31,726 nucleotides of DNA, taken from NCBI GenBank assembly GCA_030667645.1, contig DAOUVM010000001.1, positions 1 to 31,726 of the forward strand. The letters are read 5' to 3'. The translations under genes were made by a program, and so were the position numbers. Shown here one piece after another: positions 17,931 through 25,244 of the stretch. The first letter of the stretch is position 1; each line of letters opens with the position of its first letter. The notes under the pieces were generated by a model. It searched no databases and was not told where the DNA came from. It saw only the letters and a list, made by a program, of their open reading frames with translations. Origin of the DNA: Ardenticatenales bacterium (GTDB lineage: Bacteria; Chloroflexota; Anaerolineae; Promineifilales; UBA4811).

Positions 17931-19109
17931 CTACTCGCCGGTAGCGCCCTGGCGGATATAGTCTTCAATCCCATACAGGGGAGGTTCAAACCCATACTGT
18001 AACTTGGGAGGAACAACCATATTGTACGTCTCCATCAAGTACTGGAGAGTCACAGCACTTGTCTGGAACTGTGCGACCTCGCCTACCGGTCGGATCACGA
18101 AATCAATGTCCGCGTTGATCTCCCAGGCGAACTTGATCACGAGCGCTTCCTGCGGAGTAACGGCCAGCAGAATCACTCTGGGCTTGATCGGTTTCGGCGC
18201 CGGCGCCGGTGGTCCTTCTTGCTCGGCGTCCTCAGGGACAGGAGTCGGCGTTGGGGCAGCCAGAGGATTGATGCCGATTTCTTCTTCCTCTGCGGTCGGG
18301 TAGCGGCCAACACGTACTACCACCGCATCCTGCACGGTCAACTGCGTGACCAGGCGGGGACGCTGGTTCGCCTCACCAGGTATGACGTTGAAAATGAGCC
18401 CCAGTGGCCCTTCCTCGATCCTGCCAGAAGGAAACTCGGTAAGCGTCAACTCTTGTGCTCCCTCGGCCGTTTGCGATATATCCAGCACCTGGGTTCTGTT
18501 AGGCAGCTTGGTGTGGAACTCTTCATCCAGATCCACCAATGCCAGCGAAGCCATCAAGTCAATGTGATCGCCTGGACGCAGAGCGTATGCTACTGCAGCA
18601 GTTGGATCCTGATCGATGGAGGGCAGCGGAATGGCCATAAGCACCCGGCCGCTGGGAATAGCCAGCGCGGCATCACTCCCAGTCCCGGTAAGATCAATCA
18701 TGTCGATGACCATAGTGGTCAAGATGGGCTCAAACCGAACGGCGCTGGTGCGCATGCGTTGCCCGATCACCATTTCAAGGACATCCTGCACGCCAGCGGC
18801 CGCCTCCCCGGCAGGGGGGCTGACGATGGCATCGGGCGGGACCGCATCAGATGGCCAATCCCACAAGGCAATGGAATCACCGGTGATCTCCCATCCACGC
18901 GGGATGTCCTGAACCGCGATGACGATCTGGGTCATCGGCGGAACCGGAGTAGGTTCATCTTGCAGTTCGGTGAGAAGGGGAATCGAGACGGTCTCCCCGG
19001 CCTCTTGCGCTTCTCCGCCAAACAGCCCCATCTGAAAGCCGACCCATGCAATCCCGGTGACAACGATCAAAACGATACCCACTATGACGATGATTATGCC
19101 GCGCTTCAT
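17931..19109 (-). CDS. cpaB: Flp pilus assembly protein CpaB/RcpC (SAF domain)
   Basis: N-terminal TM helix, IVIAVQDIPRGWEIT SAF motif, VAYALRPGDHIDL, LLAVTPQEALVI; first gene of the tad cluster. Confidence 0.88.
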   Translation of the reverse strand: MKRGIIIVIVGIVLIVVTGIAWVGFQMGLFGGEAQEAGETVSIPLLTELQDEPTPVPPMTQIVIAVQDIPRGWEITGDSIALWDWPSDAVPPDAIVSPPAGEAAAGVQDVLEMVIGQRMRTSAVRFEPILTTMVIDMIDLTGTGSDAALAIPSGRVLMAIPLPSIDQDPTAAVAYALRPGDHIDLMASLALVDLDEEFHTKLPNRTQVLDISQTAEGAQELTLTEFPSGRIEEGPLGLIFNVIPGEANQRPRLVTQLTVQDAVVVRVGRYPTAEEEEIGINPLAAPTPTPVPEDAEQEGPPAPAPKPIKPRVILLAVTPQEALVIKFAWEINADIDFVIRPVGEVAQFQTSAVTLQYLMETYNMVVPPKLQYGFEPPLYGIEDYIRQGATGE

Positions 19110-19174
19110 GGAATCTCTCCTTTTTTAGTGGATTGATGAGACTGCGCCACGAAAGATCGCACCCGAGTATTCAG

Positions 19175-19202
19175 AGTATACTCCTCTCAATCCGTTTGTC
19201 AA
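19175..19202 (-). promoter_or_regulatory. Proximal sigma70 promoter of the tad-comF-hpf operon
   Basis: TTGACA-16 bp-TATACT, ~65 bp upstream of the cpaB ATG. Confidence 0.7.
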
Positions 19203-19481
19203 CCACAGCCGCTGCCAGAAGGTGGATTGCCGTAGTAACATCGCTTCCGACCCGGCCGGAAGCAAAGACTCGAAAGCCCCCGGCTGCTCTCCAGAATCCT
19301 TGGATGTGTTTGCCACCAAGAGACACAAGCCCATTCCATACCAATGATACACTCGACACGATCAGACGATCGATTGTACGTATCGTCCTGCCCGTTCCGT
19401 CGCAAGAAGCATGCCCGAACTCGCAATGGACCATCCCCCGAAATATGCGAATGGTTCTGTCTCAATTGGCTTGTCGATGCC

Positions 19482-19510
19482 ATTGTACAGAGGTTCCGAT
19501 AAAAAAGCAA
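19482..19510 (-). promoter_or_regulatory. Distal sigma70-like promoter upstream of the tad operon
   Basis: TTGCTT-17 bp-TACAAT on the minus strand in the 585-bp kinase-cpaB spacer. Confidence 0.55.
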
Positions 19511-19694
19511 CCGTGGTCCGCGAGAGCGTGGAAAACAGGGTGGAGGGTATGGAAGCAGGAACAAGGGCGCGTGGACGGCCCGGCCCATGCCTGCGCCTAC
19601 CGACTGGACGCTACATGAGGCCCGACAGCACCTGCCGGGTCTGTGCTTGAATTCATTCACGGCTCCGTTTCCGCGTACATCGGCCGCGCCCAAA

Positions 19695-20759
19695 TTAACC
19701 GGTGGTGGGGATGGACACAGCAACGTGCGTTCCCTGTCCCGGGTCGCTGTTAATTTCCAGCGTACCCCCCAACATTTCGATCCGCTCCTGCATGGTACTA
19801 AAGCCGACGGTCTGACGCTGGCGCGCGCTGGAAAGCGCCTCCTCTACATTGAACCCGGCGCCATTATCATCCACTGTGGCCTGAACCCAGTCATCCTCCA
19901 GCTCAATGGCGATACGCACTTGAGAGGCCTGGGCGTGGTCACGGACGTTATTGAGTAGCTCCTGAATAATGCGGAAGATGGTGACCTCAACATACGGTTC
20001 CAGTCGTTTTTCCTTGCCCACAATGGTGACTTCGGCGGGGATGTTGTTCTTGTTCTTGAAATTCTCAGCATACCGGCGCAGAGTAGGAACCAGCCCCAGG
20101 TCATCCAGCATCATCGGCCGCAACTCGAAAATAAAGTCCCTGATCCGCTGGAAGGTATCGGTGGCGGCCCCCTTGAGTCCCGCCAATTCCGCCTGCGCCT
20201 GCTCCGGATCTCCGTCAAACATTCGCTGGCAGATCTCTGTTTGGAGGATAAAGTTAGTCATGGACTGGGCTGGCCCGTCGTGCATTGCTCGCGAAAGACG
20301 GCGCCGTTCCGCTTCCAGAGCGCCCACCAGTCGCACAACAACGGGTTCCTCGCCGCCGGCCGCTTTCCCGGCCAGACCCGCGGCCGGTCCTACCGCACCA
20401 TCGGTCGCTTCCAGGAAACGACGCAGCAAAGTCATATAACGTTCCATGTTCTTCTGGTCGCTCTGGAGCTTTTCCAGTTGCCCCCGCATAGTAAACAGAC
20501 GCTGCTGCACATCATGAACAGCGTCGTAGGCTTCGCGAATGTCATCCCGCGGCACGGTTGCGAGGTTGGTCTGGATGTGACGCAAGTGATTCGTGGCTCG
20601 AGCATGGCGCCGAGCTAGTTTCTCCACCTCGCCAGTGCTCTGCTGAATCAGTACATCGATCTCCTTGAGCTGTCGCTGCACCTGATCGAATTCTTTGCGG
20701 CTGTCCTCCAGCAGCAGTTCAAGGGGAGACTCTTCACTCGTTGCGGTAGGTTTGGCCAT
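19695..20759 (-). CDS. Soluble DegS-like sensor histidine kinase (coiled coil + HisKA_3 + HATPase_c)
   Basis: No TM segment; long N-terminal coiled coil; H-box MHDGPAQSMTN, FELRPMMLDDLGL, FRIIQELLNNV..HAQAS, DDNGAGF, PGQGT. Confidence 0.9.
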   Translation of the reverse strand: MAKPTATSEESPLELLLEDSRKEFDQVQRQLKEIDVLIQQSTGEVEKLARRHARATNHLRHIQTNLATVPRDDIREAYDAVHDVQQRLFTMRGQLEKLQSDQKNMERYMTLLRRFLEATDGAVGPAAGLAGKAAGGEEPVVVRLVGALEAERRRLSRAMHDGPAQSMTNFILQTEICQRMFDGDPEQAQAELAGLKGAATDTFQRIRDFIFELRPMMLDDLGLVPTLRRYAENFKNKNNIPAEVTIVGKEKRLEPYVEVTIFRIIQELLNNVRDHAQASQVRIAIELEDDWVQATVDDNGAGFNVEEALSSARQRQTVGFSTMQERIEMLGGTLEINSDPGQGTHVAVSIPTTG

Positions 20760-20771
20760 TTTCTCCTCTGT

Positions 20772-21467
20772 TCATGAGTTCTGGGCATCCTGCAGACGGA
20801 CCCAGCCACGGCCCAATGCATAAACGGCGGCCTGAGTCCTGTCGCTCACATCAAGCTTGCGGAGGACCGACGTCATGTGGTTTTTTACCGTTTGGTGACT
20901 GATGCCGAGTTGATAGGCAATCTCCTTGTTACTGAGACCCTTGGTCACGAGCTTGAGGACCTCCATTTCGCGGGGAGACAGAGGCATGAACACGTCTTCC
21001 ATGTCCAGACCCGCGGCGCCGGCCTTGGCAGCCACCTCACCATCCAACCAAAGAGCGACCCCTGACTCGGTCAAGATGTCGTCATCTATCACATAGAATC
21101 CCTTGATGGCCGTATGGATGGTCTCCACCAGTCGATCCGGCATGATATCCTTGGGGCAGTACGCGGAAGCTCCCGCACGGATGGCGTGAAACACCTGCTC
21201 TACATTGTCATAGCCAGTGAGCATGATCACCTTGATGTCGCGCTGTTCCGCCTTGATCTGGCCGGTGACCTGCAACCCATTCATAGTGGGGAGATTGATG
21301 TCCATGATGACCACATCGGGGCAGAGCGTGCGGGACAATTGCAAGGCTACCTCGCCATCGGCCGCCTCGCCAACGACCTCAAAATCGGCCTCCGTCTCAA
21401 GGATATCTCTGACTCCCTGACGGAACACCGGATGATCGTCAACAACTAGGACACGTATTGGCTTCAT
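20772..21467 (-). CDS. NarL/FixJ-family response regulator (DegU-like)
   Basis: REC VVDDHP...MDINLP, LuxR HTH LSPREMEVL...GLSNKEIA..LGISHQTVKNHMTSVLRKL. Confidence 0.95.
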   Translation of the reverse strand: MKPIRVLVVDDHPVFRQGVRDILETEADFEVVGEAADGEVALQLSRTLCPDVVIMDINLPTMNGLQVTGQIKAEQRDIKVIMLTGYDNVEQVFHAIRAGASAYCPKDIMPDRLVETIHTAIKGFYVIDDDILTESGVALWLDGEVAAKAGAAGLDMEDVFMPLSPREMEVLKLVTKGLSNKEIAYQLGISHQTVKNHMTSVLRKLDVSDRTQAAVYALGRGWVRLQDAQNS

Positions 21468-21527
21468 CTGGCAGCCTCCTGGACCCTGGCACCGAAGCTA
21501 CCCGAGAGTAGCCTCTCCCACCAGGAG

Positions 21528-21557
21528 AGTATATCACAAAAGGAGGCCAGCGGGCAA
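21528..21557 (-). promoter_or_regulatory. Sigma70 promoter of the two-component pair
   Basis: TTGCCC-18 bp-TATACT with extended -10 TG; AGGAGG RBS before ATG 21467. Confidence 0.6.
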
Positions 21558-21684
21558 CCGAACGCTTGAGGGCGTCGACAAAGACGCGGGACGCAGGTCC
21601 GCCGGCTGTTCGGCCCCGGGGTATTTGGCACAACAGCCTGGTCCCACGGGACCGGCTCCGTTTCCACACACCCTGCGCCGAAGA

Positions 21685-23265
21685 TCACGGCCTGTCTGAG
21701 GAGGGCAGCCGGTAAACTGAACAGTTGTTCAACCCCTCCGCCCGCGTCCAGTGCGAGCCCGTGCTGTAGAGAAACCGCACTCTGGGATGCCGGGTCACAA
21801 ATTCATAGGGCCAGCCCGGCGCGGTGACCAGGTAGCGTGCCGGACTCGCAAGGATGAATTCGGCCAACTCGCTTTCCGCGGCGATCACCGGGACCACCTC
21901 TGGGGAAACAAGTCCCGCCAGATCCAGGATGGGCCGATGCGCAAAGTACCCAATGGCGCCGATGTCATGCGCTGCGATCCATTCATCAGGCTCAGTGTGC
22001 TCGAACAGCCACTGCGCGACGGTCACCATCTCGCTCTGGATGATCTGCACGTCTTTGGCATAGGCCCGGGCGCCCACGGCGAGAAATGCCAGCGTGAGAA
22101 TCCCTGTCGCCAGCAACCAGCTTCGGCCGATGACCCGCCGCCAGAAGGTAGGATGACGCCGCCGCAGCCAGTGCAGGGATCCGGGCACTCCATACAGGAT
22201 GATAGCGGGAATGATGGGGAAGAGGTAGCGGCCGTGCTGATAGGTGACGGGGAGACGGAGAGCGTAGAGAAGCAGGTGGGCGGCAGAGTACAAGAGAAGA
22301 ATCAGGTGACCGGGAAAGCACGGGATGGAGGGAAGAGACGAGGGTGATAGGCAACGCCTGCTGATCTTCCAGATACTCACAAGCAAGCCCGGAACGAGCA
22401 AGAGCTGAAAGCCAGTGAACGGGGGCAGCACGACGCGCGCCAGACGCAACAGAAACGGAACGGCCAGTTGGGCCGCGTATTCGGCTTGTTTGGCATACAG
22501 CGTATTGGGCCACAGCCGGCCGCTAAGTTGGAGATTGAGGAGCACGTAAGGCGTCATCAGCAAGGTCAGGGGAACCAACGCCGCGCCGGCGGCACGGAGG
22601 GCATGGCGCAGCGTCCAGCAGCCACGGATGACCAGCCATCCCCCCCAGAGCACGACGAGTCCCACCAAGATAATCCCCTCCGGCCGGGTGAGAACCAGCA
22701 ATCCACCAAGAAGACCAATGACAGCCCAGGTCCGGACGACAGGATGGACGCAATCTCTTGGCACATCTGCACCCGTGAAGATCGGCGGGAGGCGGTCGAC
22801 AAGGGCGAGAGAGAGGGCCACGTAAAGGATGGTCTCCATCCCGCTGACAGATGCCCAGACCAGATGCCATTCGCCGACACACAGAAAGCCCACGACCGGA
22901 GCAATCCAACGCTCATCGGGAAAGAGGCGAGCGCTCACCCGGTGTGCCAGCCACCCGGTGAGCGCCAGGCAGACGACTCCCATTCCCCAGGCCCACCAAT
23001 CGTACGGGAGGCGAAACAGATATCCAACTGCCAGCACCAAAGTCCACAACGGCGCAGTAGATCCCGCGCTCGCCTGCCCCGGTGTGAACTCGAACCGGCC
23101 GGTCAGCGCCAGACTGCGGGCATATGTCTGATGAATCCAGGCATCATCCAGCGGAAAACCGGAATCGCCCAAGAGGGCAACCGCAATCAAGTATGCAGCC
23201 GCCCACCCGGCCGCCAAGGCCAGGTAGATGGGCAACCAACGCCGCTCCTCAGTCAGCCAACGCAT
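21685..23265 (-). CDS. Polytopic GT-C-fold glycosyltransferase-like membrane protein (ArnT/PMT-like)
   Basis: First-loop acidic motif FPLDDAWIHQTYAR, GSTAPLW, SGMET, LTRPEG, HDIGAIGY, many TM helices; start reassigned to ATG 23265. Confidence 0.82.
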   Translation of the reverse strand: MRWLTEERRWLPIYLALAAGWAAAYLIAVALLGDSGFPLDDAWIHQTYARSLALTGRFEFTPGQASAGSTAPLWTLVLAVGYLFRLPYDWWAWGMGVVCLALTGWLAHRVSARLFPDERWIAPVVGFLCVGEWHLVWASVSGMETILYVALSLALVDRLPPIFTGADVPRDCVHPVVRTWAVIGLLGGLLVLTRPEGIILVGLVVLWGGWLVIRGCWTLRHALRAAGAALVPLTLLMTPYVLLNLQLSGRLWPNTLYAKQAEYAAQLAVPFLLRLARVVLPPFTGFQLLLVPGLLVSIWKISRRCLSPSSLPSIPCFPGHLILLLYSAAHLLLYALRLPVTYQHGRYLFPIIPAIILYGVPGSLHWLRRRHPTFWRRVIGRSWLLATGILTLAFLAVGARAYAKDVQIIQSEMVTVAQWLFEHTEPDEWIAAHDIGAIGYFAHRPILDLAGLVSPEVVPVIAAESELAEFILASPARYLVTAPGWPYEFVTRHPRVRFLYSTGSHWTRAEGLNNCSVYRLPSSDRP

Positions 23266-23321
23266 TCGAATCCACCCGACGTTGACCGATCCCATTCATG
23301 GCATGGTAATCCCGGGCCCAT

Positions 23322-23350
23322 TTGCCCCATCTTGAAGGAAATGCTACCAT
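23322..23350 (+). promoter_or_regulatory. Putative sigma70 promoter of the GNAT gene
   Basis: TTGCCC-17 bp-TACCAT with extended -10 TG. Confidence 0.5.
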
Positions 23351-23375
23351 CTCTTCTCATACCATGCTACCCTGG

Positions 23376-24230
23376 ATGGACCAAACTCAACAGTCGCTCA
23401 CCGTCCGGCCGGCCTGCGCGGCAGACGGCCCGGCCATTGACCGACTGCTGCGGAGCGCTCTGCACACCCACACCCATTCGGACTGGCGGTCGCCGATTGA
23501 TTGGATAGGCCGGTCTCCCGCGTTCGTCGCTGAGAATCGATATGGCCCGGCCGGCTGCCTGATCACATCGACCGATTCGCCTCCGTCCGCCTGGGTGCGC
23601 GCGGCGGCTGCCACGATTGACGCACCAGCGGCTGTGGTCATGAACAAGCTCTTGAGCGCCAGTCTGGATGCTCTCGCCGGTCAAGGCATCTCCTCGCTAG
23701 CTGCCATGCCCACCGCCGCTTGGCTTGGCCCCGTACTCGACGCCCTGGGCTTTACAGTCGTGGAGCAAGTCGAAACCTGGGTGAAGGATGGCCTGACCGC
23801 CCCCAGACCAGGAGCGGGCGCTATCCAGGTGCGGCCAGCCAAAGCCGCGGAGATGGTGATCCTGGCGGTCATCGAGCAAGCCGCCTTTGCCCCGCGCTGG
23901 CAACTCAGTGCAGAGACACTGGCGCTGGCCTGGAGCCAGGCAGCCACATTCACCGTCGCCGAGCAGAATGGCAGGATCACTGGATTCCAATTCAGCCAAT
24001 CAGAGGGCGATCGAGCGCATCTGGTGCGCCTCGCCATAGACCCGATCGTCCAGCGAACCGGCGTCGGCACCCGCCTGCTGGCGGATGGACTCTCCCGCTG
24101 CGCCGCGCTGGGCCTGACGCACATCTCACTCAACACCCAATCCGACAACTTGGCGTCCCACCGCCTGTACGCCGCGTTCGGTTTTCACCGATCCGGCCAT
24201 CCTCTGCCCGTGTGGGAACGACAGGTGTAG
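23376..24230 (+). CDS. Tandem-domain GNAT N-acetyltransferase (C-terminal RimI-like domain)
   Basis: C-terminal motif A HLVRLAIDPIVQRTGVGTRLL, NTQSDNLASHRLYAAFGF; degenerate N-terminal GNAT; start at ATG 23376 or 23364. Confidence 0.85.
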   Translation: MDQTQQSLTVRPACAADGPAIDRLLRSALHTHTHSDWRSPIDWIGRSPAFVAENRYGPAGCLITSTDSPPSAWVRAAAATIDAPAAVVMNKLLSASLDALAGQGISSLAAMPTAAWLGPVLDALGFTVVEQVETWVKDGLTAPRPGAGAIQVRPAKAAEMVILAVIEQAAFAPRWQLSAETLALAWSQAATFTVAEQNGRITGFQFSQSEGDRAHLVRLAIDPIVQRTGVGTRLLADGLSRCAALGLTHISLNTQSDNLASHRLYAAFGFHRSGHPLPVWERQV

Positions 24231-24269
24231 CTCGATCATCCCATTGCTTCAATCTGCATCTGTGTGCAT

Positions 24270-24929
24270 CTATGCGAAATACGACGCGCTCAGAGCAATC
24301 AAGAGTTGACCGGCATAGTAGAATACCAAGCTTATCCGGTGATACCTGAACGGTCGTCGAAACCGGCGAATCGCCAGGATGAGATCCGAGAGCCAGAAAA
24401 GCGTGGCTCCGGCCGATATCAGCCAGGCTTGCGTCAGCGAGAGATTCTCGCCAAAGAAGGCGGCAAAGGCACGGTTGGCCATCAAACAGATGATCAACAC
24501 ATAGAGGGCGACGGGGACCTTGATCCCCCCCAATCCAGGCAGCAGGTAGCGGTAGACAGCGACGCCAGCCACCAGCAGAACCGCGGCGGTGATAAGATCG
24601 GCCGGATGGAAACCGTTGTAGACGCCAAAAAGAACCGCGTACACAACATGGGCCGCCAAAAACGCCACCAGGCCGAGTAGGAACGCTTTCCGGCTGGGGA
24701 AGATCAGCGCCACATCGCCCGCGAGGGAACATACCAGGCCAACCAGCAGCCAGGCACTGTAGCGGGAATCAATCACGGGCGCTCGCCAGGAAAGCGCAGC
24801 CACCAAGATGACCAGAAGCGTGGCTGTCGGTTTGAAAAAGAAGACCGCCTTTTTCGCCCCGCGAAACTCGGCACGAATGAGCAACAGCACAGCCGCGACC
24901 AGCAGCGGGATGGGAGCAAGATGGATCAT
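24270..24929 (-). CDS. YhhN/TMEM86-family lysoplasmalogenase-like membrane protein
   Basis: FKP, GLVCSLAGDVAL, FLLGLVAFLAAHVVY, LFWLSDLILA, YYAGQLLIALS motifs. Confidence 0.9.
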   Translation of the reverse strand: MIHLAPIPLLVAAVLLLIRAEFRGAKKAVFFFKPTATLLVILVAALSWRAPVIDSRYSAWLLVGLVCSLAGDVALIFPSRKAFLLGLVAFLAAHVVYAVLFGVYNGFHPADLITAAVLLVAGVAVYRYLLPGLGGIKVPVALYVLIICLMANRAFAAFFGENLSLTQAWLISAGATLFWLSDLILAIRRFRRPFRYHRISLVFYYAGQLLIALSASYFA

Positions 24930-24990
24930 TTAGATACCCCTCCAATCTATGCCAGAGGCCAAGAAACCATCCCCTCGGAACCTCCTGCCA

Positions 24991-25019
24991 AGTCTATCAC
25001 CCGGAGGTGATGGAGGCAA
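24991..25019 (-). promoter_or_regulatory. Sigma70 promoter of yhhN with an operator-like palindrome in the spacer
   Basis: TTGCCT-17 bp-TAGACT (extended TG); ATCACC-N4-GGTGAT at 24996-25011 fills the spacer. Confidence 0.55.
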
Positions 25020-25244
25020 GGGCAAGCGACCAGGGTGTTGAGGCACAGTTAGCACTTGTTAAGGAATCACTTCCCGTTTTGAATGGTGATTCGCGGGTAG
25101 AGCCGGTCACAAAAGGATCAAGTTGTCTCTCAGCAAGCACTTGGAGAACATTGCGCCCAGCAAGAGGGAGCGAAATCTGGGCCGTTGTTCGGCCGGCTCA
25201 GGCCGGGGAGCAATGGGGTACAGATCTGAACTCTCCCGACGGGT

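Noticed and set aside
19171-19723. ORFs 19199..19723 and 19171..19434 as possible Flp pilin or regulatory peptide
   Set aside because: No G|xxxxEY prepilin motif, hydrophobic helix or RBS; they overlap predicted promoters.
21718-21731. TGAAC-AGTT-GTTCA resembling the Gram-positive-type LexA box (GAAC-N4-GTTC)
   Set aside because: It lies inside a coding sequence ~160 bp from the predicted promoter, and about 0.5 such 8-base matches are expected by chance in 31.7 kb.
22468-23508. Long antisense ORFs (346 aa here; also 25992..27038, 15578..16585, 18219..19136)
   Set aside because: Antisense shadows of well-supported genes, typical of high-GC DNA; no motifs.
25049-25057. TTAGCACT half-site resembling CIRCE
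   Set aside because: The second half (GAGTGCTAA) is absent and no chaperone gene is adjacent.
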